Shown: positions 50,601-61,728 of the stretch, in pieces
Position numbering within the stretch: position 1 is the first letter of the stretch
Layout: every line of letters starts with the position of its first letter
Assembly (NCBI GenBank): GCA_965112735.1
Contig: OZ218950.1
Coordinates: 4,154,001-4,218,000, forward strand
Reading direction: 5' to 3'
Origin: Phaeosaccion multiseriatum
Taxonomy: Eukaryota; Protista; Ochrophyta, other classes
Length of the DNA: 64,000 nt
Position numbers and translations under genes: made by a program
Notes under the pieces: model-generated
Seen by the model: only the letters and a program-made list of their open reading frames with translations
The model's database searches: none
What the model was told of the DNA's origin: nothing

Positions 50601-52859
50601 TGACTGACTGACTGACTTACCCACTCACTCACTCACTCCTTCCCTCCCTCCCTCCCTCCCTCCCTCCCCCAACCCAACTCACCCTCCCTCCTTGGAGTGC
50701 GTGTCCGCGCTGAGTCTCTCATTGACGACCGTTACAACCTTGGCGACGATCGGATCCACAACTACCTTGAACACCTCCGCCGCCCGAGCCCTCCCCACCC
50801 CCACACCTCCACTGCCATCTGTTTGGACTCTGCCGCTGCGCATCCGACCACTTCCCCTCCCTCCGCCGCCGCCGCCGCCGCCGCTGCTGCTGCCGCCATC
50901 ATCTGCAGATGGCAAGGCCCTCTCACAGAGAGACCGCTCTCCAAGGACGAGCTTGACGGCGAAATCGAGATACATCTTTTCGGTGCAAAAAAGAAGCAAG
51001 CACACCCACCACGGAAGGAAGGACGGAAGGAAGGAAGGAAGGAAGGGGGGGAAACACACCAGACACACAGACAAAGGGAGGGGAGGGTGCGCGGGTGAGT
51101 GAGTGGGTGAGTGAGTGGGTGAGTGAGTGGGTGGGTGAGTGGGTGAGTGGGTAGGTAGGTGGGTGAGTGAGCGGGTGTGTGAGTGAGTGAGTGGGCCTGT
51201 GGGTGCAAGATGTCGAAGTGGTGGGGTGGAGCACCAGTCATGTGGAGGGGAAGGGGGGGGGGGGCTCACGGGGCACTTGCGCTGTTGAGATTAGATTGGC
51301 GCACGCCCGCCCGCAACCACGCACGCACCTGCAGCCATGTGCTGTCCCCCCTTGCCTCCATGCCCGCAGGATTTCCCTCTTGCCTATCCTCCCACTGGCC
51401 CAGCAGAGCAGCCACAACCCCCTTGCGGCAGATCTTAAAGCTGGTCAGCAGGCCCTCCTCCTGAGAGGGGGGGGGGTGGCAGGAGCAATGAGAGGACATT
51501 AGTGAGCAGAGGTGTCCCAGCCCCAGCCCCAATGACTTATGCTCCACTACACCCTACACACCTCTTCGATCCGATCCTCCCCGCCCTATTGACTTACTAG
51601 TACTACTTACCTGTCCCAGCAGCGTGAGGCACTCCCCGATAGCTCCCAAGGTGACGGTTCCTCCTGCACTCAGTGTCTCGCACGCCTCGAACGAGTTGCT
51701 CTCCCCTCGGTACTGTGGGACACGACACAAGACATGGAGAGACAAAGAGAGGGGGCGGAGAGTCAAGTAGTGAGGGGGGGCAGGCAGTGTTCGAAGCAGT
51801 CAGGGGTGAGGGCAGGCTGCGAAGCGACCTTACAGCCAGGCGAGACCAAAACTTCGGGTACAAGCAAAACAAAAACACTGCTCTGCTCACCAGCAGCGCT
51901 CAATGGGTGCGACACTGCCATCCATCTACTGCCATCCATCGACAGCTCCGCTCCCAAGGAAAGCGTGGACCTCACTGGATAACGCACTCCAAACACGACA
52001 CCCCCACCAATACACACCCCCACGCACACACACAACACGCACACACACACACACGACACACACACGCACACACACACATCACACACAACACACACAACAC
52101 ACAGAGACCTGCACCGACGGGCCAATGGTGCGCATGAGTTGATTGAACTCGTTGAGGCTCTCTTTTGTGGCGATGGCACACAGCTCGTCCAGACCCTGCA
52201 CGGCCTCTTGCTGGCTCTTGAGCTGGGGCCAGTCCCTGGAGGAGGAGGAGGAGGAGGAGGAGGAGGAGGAGGAGGAGGAGGAGGAGGAGAGGAGGAGGAG
52301 GGGGGGGGGGGGGAGGAGGAGTGGGGGGAGGAGAGCGGGGGGAGGAGAGCGGGGGATGAGGGGATGAGAGAGAGAGGGTGAGCAAGAGGAGGGAGGGGGG
52401 GAGAGAAGAGGACCTGGCACAGGAGACGGGCGTTCGTCGGGGGGGGGGGGGGGGTGGAAGAGGGGAACGCTCCCTTCCTTCCTGCTCCCGTCACTTCCCC
52501 TTCCCTCCCTCACTCTCACTCACCGACTCATTCACTTACCCACTCACTCACACCCTCATGACCTGCTCACTCCCTCCCTCCCTTCCTCCCTTCCTCAACC
52601 CACCCACTCACTCACCGAAAGTAGGCTTGTGCTCCCACTATCCGAGACACCTCTTGAAGGTACTCAAGGGCTCCTCCCGTCGCCTCCTCGTCCCCGAAGG
52701 AGTTCTCAATCCCCTGGATACCTCCCTCGATGGTACTTCTCAGCTCCCTCTCCAGCACAAAGTAATCATTAATGTCCTGTGCAAGTAAGTAGATAGGCAA
52801 GTAACGGGGCCAGGAACGCGAAGAGACAGGTGGGGTGGGTGCCTATGGCGAGCGAGGGG

Positions 52860-52911
<52 letters not shown>

Positions 52912-53552
52912 GGAGAGAGGAGAGAGAGAATGGGACCCACCCATCCTTCCCTCCCTTCCTCCCCATCCCCCTTCTGTTGCGTACCTCCATCTTGCGAATA
53001 GCTGAGCCGATGTTCCTCCGCGCGACAGTGAGTTTCTGGCTGATATCCTTCATTGGGGCCATTTCCTGTCAGTGCAGCAGGGATCATGGGGTGGAATTCA
53101 CTCTTCGGATGGTGAGGGAGATAGAGAAGAGGGCAGAGCTCCTTCAGATGGTGAGGGAGATAGAGAAGAGGGCAGAGCTTCTTTGTGATCCATTTAAATT
53201 TCCCCTCTGTTGTGGTCGAGACCCATGCCCCCCACGCCCACAACGTCTCCCCTGTCCCGTCCCTCGCTCCCCCGCCTTCTGAACTCTCCTCACGCTCTGG
53301 CTAACTGACCAATACCTCACGCACCTGCTCAAGCTCACTGAGGCGCGCTTCGAAACGCCCGTAGATTCCTTCCATCTTCTCGGTCCCCGCCTGGAACTGC
53401 CCGAGCCCGGCCGTCAACATGGCAACGGTCTGGACCAGTGCGGCGCTGCTGCTGCTGCTGCTGCTACCGCCACCACCACCGCCTCCACTGTTGCTCTGGC
53501 TACTCGCAAACACACCGCCACTGTTGAACTGTTTGCTATTGTTAGAGTTCAT
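44892..53552 (-). CDS. EXO70: Exocyst subunit Exo70, multi-exon
   Basis: C-terminal exons read VKSKFLAFNKAWEETYALHRT/LAVSDPILKEDLRRTL...YTHMYTAYKE/VQFSKKHQSQYLKFTPEALDAAIEELFNG*. An internal exon reads VPDNAAVH, and the N-terminal exons are coiled-coil (RFEARLSELEQ, KLTVARRNI). Internal exon boundaries are only partly resolved. Confidence 0.85.
49571..49988. repeat. Two-unit minisatellite (21-bp and 35-bp units sharing CAGGGAGATGGATACTT) in EXO70 intron
   Basis: Order A5-B6-A-B2, where A ends AAGT and B ends ATTGACTTCATAGTACGG. Confidence 0.95.
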
Positions 53553-53965
53553 CGTACAGAGGGAACAGGGAAATGGGTTGTGCCCTGCGTCCTCGGAAGC
53601 TCAACACCTGCTTCGAAAAGGCACCCTACGAAGCAGCGCCGCAGCGCAGCAACGGGAAAGTATTGCCCATCCCCAAGAACAAGCAACGAAACAGGCGCAG
53701 AAGTGAGTTTTGAGCAGAGAGATGATGAGGAAGGAGGAATTGTGGAATTGTCGAGGCGGATGGCAACAGATGGTGAACCTCGTCTACTTGATCTCCTCTC
53801 TTCCCCCCCCAAGAATACAGCGCACACAGAAGAAGTGTCTGCGGCATATTTGTGCATATAAACACAGGCAGGAGAAGGAAGGGCAAGGGGGGGGCAGGCG
53901 GGGAGCTTCCCAGCGTGACTTGGTGGATGATCGATACCTTGTGAGAGAGAGGTGTAGGTGGGGGG
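53553..53965. promoter_or_regulatory. Probable bidirectional promoter (EXO70 / TAF6)
   Basis: Divergent ATGs 413 bp apart. Inferred from gene layout only. Confidence 0.5.
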
Positions 53966-54808
53966 ATGTCAGTCATCGGAAGTGACTCGCTGGAGCCCGT
54001 AGTTGCAGCGCTTCCTGTGGGCAAGGTCCAAGACCACGCCTTCGCGCTCCTGCGCAGCTCCGTGGAGTACCACCTGAAGGATGTGGTGCAGGAGGTGAGA
54101 GAGGGGGAGGCCTGCCCTGCTGCTGCCTGTTGCTGCCTGTTCCTCCTCCCTACCTACCTTCTAACCTCCGCGCGAAAATTCAATCGCCGCTGCGTTGGGT
54201 ATATCAATCAATCATCAGGCTTGCAAGCTTGCTCGGCACAGCAAGAGGAAAAGGATTACAGCCGAGGACGTGAACTCCGCTCTGCAGCTTCGGAACGAAC
54301 AGGTGAGAGCGGCACGCAGCAGACGAGCGCGAGTGTGTGTGTCTGTGCGTGTGTGTGTTGCTTGTGCGCTCAGGAGCTGGTCCTCGTCGTGTTCCACTTT
54401 CCTTTCTTCCCTCCCTCTTGTGCGTGGGCCCTGACCCACCCCCCACCTACCCCCAACAACAACAACAAACAACAGGCCCTTTACGGGTTCCAATTCAAAG
54501 ACGGGCGCGATGCTACGAGTAGGGCAGGAGGCGCACAGAGTGACGGTACCGTGAATCTAGCAGAGCTCGTCAACGCGCCGCTGCCCAAGTGTCCCTTGGA
54601 GCCGCGCATTGCCCTCCATTGGCTGGCGGTGGATGGCAGGCAACCCATCATCGCTCAAAACCCCAACCAAGCGCACGTGGCGGATGCAGCAGCAGCAGCC
54701 GCAGCAGCAGTAGCAGCGGCCAGACAACAAGGGAAGGTGTCGACAACAGACACCGCAGCGCAAGGCGCTGTTGGGGGAGATGGGGCGGCGGCGGTGGTGG
54801 CGGCAGGG

Positions 54809-54842
<34 letters not shown>

Positions 54843-57263
54843 CAGTACAAGCCAAGGTGAAGCACGAGCTGTCCTCGGAGCTACAGCTGTACCTGGATAG
54901 AGCCAAGGCCTCAATTCTGTCTGGAGACGGCCCCCGCGTGGCCAGGGTGCTCGCCTCTCTGCGCACGGATCCGGGCCTCCAGGAGCTCATGCCCTATCTG
55001 TGCACATTCGTTCAGAGCCGGGTCAGTGGAGGGAGGGGTGTGTCTGCATGTATGCATGTATGCATGTATGCATGTATGCATGTATGTGTATATGTGTGTG
55101 TGTGCTTGTGTGTTTGTTTGGTTGTCCTGTGCATACATTGGACCACCAACGAAACGAACGCACGCTTCTTCTTCTGTCCCCTCTGTGCCCCTCTGTATCA
55201 CCAACAGGTGGCCCTCCCCGTGCGCAAGGCCTCAGCAGTGGTGTCTGTCTTCGGGCTGATGCGCGTATTGCACGCCATGATGTCCAACACACACTTCCAC
55301 TTTGTAGAGGGTTACTTGCATCAAGTACTCCCTGCAGTCATCACCACCGTAGTCAGGCAAAAGGTCAGTCAGTAAGTCCGTCAGTCACTCAGTCAGTCAG
55401 TCAGATAGACAGACAGACAGACAGACAGACAGTCAGAGGGAAGAAAGAAACAAGAGGGGGCAGGAAGAAGAGAGGGAAAAATCAAATCAAAGAGGAGGAA
55501 GAGAGAGGGGGAGGAAGCACGACCTCAATCCCTCACACACCCTCGCTTCTTCTCTCCCTCCCTCCCTCCCTCCCTCCCGCCCTCCCCCCTCCCTCCAGTT
55601 CTGTATCACAGATGGCATGGACCCCGAGCAGCACTGGTCCCTCCGCGACTATGCCGCGCAGCTGCTGGCCTACATCTGCAGGCGCTTTGGCTCCTCTTAC
55701 CCAACGCTGCAAGCGCGTGTCTGCTCCTGCCTCGCCAGTGCCGTGCAAGACGCTCAGGCCCCCTTACCGACTCAGGTGTGATGCGGTGCGGTGCGAAGGA
55801 AAGAAGGAAGGAAGAAACGAAGGAGGGAAGGAAGGGAGGAAGGGAGGGAGGAGGGGGGTGAGGGGATGAGAAAGTGTAATTCACAGTTTGTTTCGCGGGC
55901 GCTCTCTCTCTCTCACACTCCCAAGACTGAACCCGACCCCCCCCACCCCCAGTCCTCGTCTTCCTCACCGTTTCTCATTTTTGCTACTGCTGTGGTTTTG
56001 CCCTCCATCGACGCCATCCCTCCCTGCCTCTCCTCACCTCCCCCCCCCCCCCCTACTCCCCGTCACTCCGCCCCTCAGTTTGGTGCCATCATGGGCATGA
56101 CCTACCTGGGTCCCTATGTGGTGGGCTCAATGCTCCTATCCGGCCTCAGCCTCTACAAGGAGCGGTACGAAGCCATCCTCCTCGGGCCCGAAGCCTGCCG
56201 AGCGGGCCAAGCGAGAGACGGCTCTAACACAAGGTCCCGGCGGAGGGCTCGCAGGATTGCCGCAGGGGAAACTGAGCCTCTGTCCCCAGACCCCGAGTCA
56301 GGGCCCGAATCCGACACTGACTTCCCCACAAAGGGAGGAGCAGCAGGAGGAGGAGGAGGAGGGGGAGGGGGAGGAGGAGGAGGAGGAGGAGGAGGAGGAG
56401 GAGGAGGAGGAGGAGGAGGGGGAGGGGGAGGAGGAGGAGGAGGAGGAGGGGGAGGACGAAGTGGGGGGATGGAAGGCGGTGAAGGGGGCGACCCTGCTGC
56501 GGCTGTCGCCCCTATCGGATGGCAGCAGATGCTGCAGGCGGAGGAGGCCCGGTACTGCCTCGAAGCGCTCATCAGGGCAGCGGGAGGTACGCGCTCTCTC
56601 CCTACGATAGGTCTAGGCAGATGGGTGGATGGGTGGATGGATGGATGGATGGATGGGTGGATGGGTGGATGGATGGATGGATGGATGGATGGATGGATGG
56701 GGTCGTGTGACGTGTCTACTCTCCGTCCTTCCATGGTGACTCTTTCCCCAAGGCGCCCCCCGTTCCCGTCTTTCTTTCCGAAACTCACGCACACACACGC
56801 ATGCGCACCTTCTTCACCTTCTCACCCTCTCCTCCTGTCCTGTCCCGTACACGCACACGCACACGCACACACATACGCGCACACACACGCACGCACACAC
56901 ACGCACGCACACACACATGCACACACACACACACACACATGTGCACACACACACACCATCATACCAGAGTTGGGTATGTACCAACAAACCCGACTGCAGG
57001 AAATGATGCCCAAGCGCACTCAGGCCCCCAAGCGCTCCCGGGGAGCCGGAGCGGCAGCAGGCGGAGCGGCAGCAGCAGGAGCGGCAGCAGCAGCAGGAGG
57101 GGCCGGGGTGGGTGTAAGTGGGGGTGGAAGTGGGGGGGCAGAGAGCCGCGCAGTGCAGGAGCTGAGGGGCGGCCTCTCTGCGGTGGGGGAGTGCTTGGGA
57201 GAGGCGCTGCTGCCCTTCCACTTGGCCAGGCAAGTGTGTGTGCGTGTGTGTGTGTCTCTGTGT

Positions 57264-57350
<87 letters not shown>

Positions 57351-57357
57351 TCTGTGT

Positions 57358-57406
<49 letters not shown>

Positions 57407-57808
57407 TGTGTGTGTATGTGTGCATATGTGTGCGCGCGCGCTGTGTTGTGTGTTGTGTGTGCGTGTGTGTGTGTGTGTGGGTGAGTGGGTGGGGGTGGGG
57501 AACGAGCCAGCAACGACCGTATCCTTGGAGAATCCACTCCGGAGAAGGGGATCCTCCATTCTCTCTCTCTCTCTCTCTCGCTGTCTGATTCGCTTCCTCT
57601 GACGGTTTGTGTGACCCTCGTGTTCCCTGTCCGCAGGTTACCCCCCCCGCCGCCGAGGCAGCCTCAGCAGCAGCGGGCAAACCCCATGGTTGACGCAGCA
57701 GAGAAGGGAGGGGGTAAGGGAGGAGGAGGAGGAGGAGGGCGAAGCCGCAGTAGAGCTACGCCAGTCAGCACGGCAGGGGCGAGCAACTATCACATGCTCT
57801 TTCTGTAG
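53966..57808 (+). CDS. TAF6: Transcription initiation factor TFIID subunit 6
   Basis: Histone-fold [34 protein letters not shown]../LYGF, then [70 protein letters not shown]. The frame of the last exon is ambiguous. Confidence 0.95.
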
Positions 57809-58006
57809 AGCTATGAAAAGCCATATACATCTGATTCGATACCCTTTTCCCTCCTAATCGGCCCTGAACAAGATTACAAGATTATCTCATTACTGAAGGG
57901 GTTGAGGTAGGCCAGCCCAGAAGCAGGAAGCAGGCCGGCTGGCACCGGCCAGAAGCAGGAAGCAGGGTCGCCTCAGAAGCATGTCAGGGGCCGACCGGCC
58001 TGATAC

Positions 58007-58123
58007 TCAACCCCTGATACACTATCGCCCGCATTCTCGATAGCGCGCTATCGGGCCCCGGGGGCTCGGATAGCGCGCCGGCTGGCGCCGGCGGGTAGCG
58101 GATAGTGTATATACAGGGGTTGA
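58007..58123. mobile_element. MITE, family A
   Basis: TCAACCCCTG...CAGGGGTTGA flanked by the direct repeat TGATAC (58001-58006, 58124-58129). Confidence 0.85.
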
Positions 58124-58857
58124 TGATACGAAAATTGAAGAGGAGTTGTTAGTTGTATATATATTACACCCTTACAAGGTGTTGCTTCGGGCTGCGCCCT
58201 TGGCAGGGAGAAGGGGGAAGGAGAAGAGGGTTGGGGTGGGCAAGAAGTGAAATGGAGGAGGGAAAGGGGAGTGGGAGAAGGTGTGTATGTATGAGAAGGG
58301 AAGGAGGAGGAGAAATTGGAAGCATATGGCACGAAATGACGAGAACGACAAAACGACGGAGATAATAAAAGACGTGGTGATGCCGAGCTTACCTTTTTAA
58401 TTGCTGCACACTTTACCCTTACTTGAACTATACACGAAAAGACGGTGTGGAGCCGGTCCGGAGGAAAAATTGTACAGTGTAGAGGCACAAAAGTAGAGGC
58501 ATATGGTTAGAGCGCTGAGCGTGCAGCATTTTCATATTTAGAGGCATATGGGATAACGAAGAAATCTTATATAGGTCTAAGTGCCATCTATGGTTGTCTA
58601 AAAGTAATGTAAGTTGTTAGGCAAGATGGCAGTGGACGGCTCGCCCCTCTTTTCTGTTTTTTTGCCCCCGCCCCTCTTTTCTGTTTTTTTGCCCCCGCCC
58701 CTCTACAGATGGCCTCTGCGGCCCTCTGCGGCCAGGGAATAATTAAAGAGATGAAGATATGTGGCATGTGTTTCCCGCGCAAGCTCTAAGTACGTGTCCC
58801 TCCCCTTGGGGTTAGGCTGTCACTGTGCGAGAGAGAGAGCGAGACGAGAGAGGAGCC

Positions 58858-60811
58858 ATGGCGGTCTTTGAGCGCCGGGAAGGAGTGCGGCGCTGCCTGC
58901 TCTGGACCTCGAGAGGCGGGGGCAATCCTTTGATCGATTGCCCTGCCGCTGGTGCTGGATGTCAAGGCAGTGGCACCCCGACCGGTGAGAGCGGGAGCGA
59001 GTCGAGCGAGTCATCCTGGCGCCAAGCGACTCTGCTCTGTCGCGTTCTCTCCAGCCTGCAAGACTTTACGCGTGCCGCAGGGGGTGCGGAAGGGGAGGGA
59101 GAGGGAGAGGGAGGGGTGGTAGCAGTGATGGCCGATGTGCGCGTAACGTTGATGAAGGCGAACGGACTGGCCGTGCTCACTATGGGCGGGGGCAGGGTGG
59201 ACGGCCTCGAGCTTAGCGTGGTGCTGCGGCCAGAGAGAAGCCACCTCCAGTCGGCGGTGCTGAAGATGAAGCAGCTGCTTCGGGCGGTGGAAGGCGTGTT
59301 TGGGGTTGAGTGTCTCGATGCGGTGTTGGTAGAGGCCGAGACACGGAGCAAGAGGCAAGCTCAGAGGTACGACGCCCTCAAAGCCACGAGCAAGGGCGCC
59401 GACGAGCAGCCAGCGGAGGAGGAGAAGCAAGGTGACGATGATATCAGCGGCGGCGCTGGTGCGCACCGTCGAGGCGTCCGTGAGCGCTTCCTCCAGTTTG
59501 AGGCTCAATACATGAGGCCGCTACTGGAGAACGGCTGTCTTGTGGAGTCCTGGCTGCGTCCGCCTCCGTCCTTGCTACCAGCGCTGAGCCGTGGCGGGCA
59601 GTGGGGCGGGGCCGTACTCGTGGATGCAGCCTCTGGTGTCACCTTGGGCTGTCTCTCCCCGCTGAACCAGCCTGAGCAGCAGCAGCAGCAGCAGCAACAG
59701 AGCGCGACCTCGTGTTGGTGTAGCTCCCTGCGAGAGGGTAACATCATGACGTCATACCACATCGGCCCCAATGGGCCCGCCTGGCTCCAGCGGCTCCAGC
59801 AGAACCACACGGAACCCCTTGGCAAGCACGTCTTCGAGCTGTGCCGCCTCCTCCCGCGGGGGGGCAGCGGAGGACAGGCAGCAGGAGAGGGAGAGGGAGA
59901 GGCTCGAAACGTCACGGCTGTGCTGTACGGAGGGGAGGCGAGGGGTGGAGGTCTCAGCGCGGTTGTGGTGTGCCATGTCGAGGTGAGGCAAGAGACCTAA
60001 GCAGAACCTAAGCAGCACTGCCCAGGTGGGATGGTGTGGTATGCCTAAGCAGCACTGCCCAGGTGGGATTGTGTGGTGTGCCTCTCTCCCTTTCCCCTTT
60101 CCCCCTCCCGTCCCTCCTCCCCATGCCCTGGTTAATTTGACGTGTTGTATGTATGTATGTATGTATGTATGTATGTATGTATGTATGTATGTATGTATGT
60201 ATGTATATGTATGTATGTATGTATATGTATGTATTGTGCTTGCTTTGGCCTGTACCACAACAGGCGGCTGGAGTGGCCTTGCTGGTGCCCATCTTCGGGC
60301 CCCTCTCTCTCCCTGCCCACATCCTCAAGCTACGGCACGGCACTTCTCTCCCAGCAGGGCCAGGCCGACCGCCGCATAAGTCAGCGAAGAAGCCCAGGAC
60401 GGCGGCCGGCGATGGAGGAGGAGAAAGGCAGCAGACGGATAAGGTGACGGGCAAAGGACAGACGAGGGAGGAGAGGGAGGGGGGGGAGGGGGAGGACGAC
60501 GAGGTGGGTTTCACGACACACCCTGTTTTTAGCCTACCCAGCCACTTGCGAGCCTACGTGCAGAGTGTGAGGCAGCGCCTGGAACATGCCTTCCCCTCCT
60601 ATGCATCTTGGAGAATGACCATGGCTGCGAAGCGGGAGGGAGAGGAGAAGGTGCCTCAGGAGCCGGCGGCCGTTCCGAGTCCGTTCCCCCTCGTTCCCAA
60701 GAAGCCTCCGGGCGGCGGCGGTGGTGGCGGCATGGGTGCTGCTGCTACGGCAGGCCCAAGCCAGTCGGGGGAAAGCGTCTCCCGGGGGATGCGTCGACGC
60801 CCCCTTCCCGT

Positions 60812-60861
<50 letters not shown>

Positions 60862-61544
60862 GCCGCCGCAGCAGTCAGGGCGAGGGAGCGTCACCCTCCA
60901 GCACCGCCAAGAGCAGCAGCCAAAGTAGCGGGGGCGGGACGTTAGAGACTGACCTCTCCTTGGCAGCAGAGGCGAGCAAGGGGGGGGAGAGGGAGAAAGA
61001 GGTGTACCAGTTGGAAAGTCACCCCTCCTTCCTGTCAGAGCCGGCCAAGGGTGGCCTGTCTGCACGGACGGAGCAGGAGGGGGCTTGTACCTCTCCGAGG
61101 AGGGGCGTCGGGACTGCTCCCGAGGTGCTCGGTCGCCACCGGCCGAAGGTGGCTGTGATGTTCGAGCTAGAGGGAGAGCGGAGGGGGGTGGGGGTAACGG
61201 CTTCTGCTTCCGGGAGGAGGAGGAGGTTGTCGCTAGGGGCGCCATCACGGTGTTGGAGCGGGGCGTCTTCCCTCCCAGAGGCGTCACAAATGGCGGTGAG
61301 ACTCGGCGTTGTGGTGTCGCCGGAGCTCAAGTCAGTGCATAGCGGGGATGTCGTCTTCCTGGACACCCGTCCCATGACTCCTGCAGTTGGTGATACAGCG
61401 GCGGCAGTGGTGGCAGCGGCAGCACCGCCGTCGGAGCGAGACGGTCGACCACCTGTGGCACCTGAGACTGAAGCAGCAGAAGCAGCAGCAGCAGCAGAAG
61501 CAGCGGCAGCAGCAGTAGGGAGCGTACCAAAGGTGCCGGTGTGA
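58858..61544 (+). CDS. Hypothetical protein, two exons (~58858-59982, ~60264-61544); N-terminal part may be longin-like
   Basis: Two long ORFs with ordinary composition, joined in phase by GAG|GTGAGG...caacag|GCG. No family recognised; the fold suggestion is weak. Confidence 0.6.
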
Positions 61545-61571
61545 GGGCACGGGCCAGCCATGGCCCTCTTT

Positions 61572-61728
61572 TCGACCCCTGACACACTATCGCCCGCGGC
61601 CGATAGCGGATAGCGTGCCGGCTGGCGCCGGCCGATAGCGGATAGCGCGCCGGCTGGCGCCGGCGATAGCGGATAGCGTGCCGGCTGCGCCGGCGATAGC
61701 GGATAGCGGATAGTGTGTCAGGGGTCGA
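61572..61728. mobile_element. MITE, family A
   Basis: Perfect TIR TCGACCCCTGACACACTATC, flanked by the direct repeat CTCTTT (61566-61571, 61729-61734). Confidence 0.88.

Noticed and set aside
50207-50640. Inverted (GTGA)n/(TCAC)n tracts flanking a 70-nt EXO70 exon (possible exon looping)
   Set aside because: The shorter arm is only ~18 nt and this repeat is common in the window, so chance is a sufficient explanation.
58478-58730. TAGAGGC repeats facing GCCCCTCT repeats, a possible further element
   Set aside because: No clear terminal inverted repeat or TSD, and only one occurrence in the window.
58007-61728. Composite transposon carrying the unknown gene between two MITEs
   Set aside because: Each MITE has its own distinct TSD (TGATAC, CTCTTT) and they belong to different TIR variants.
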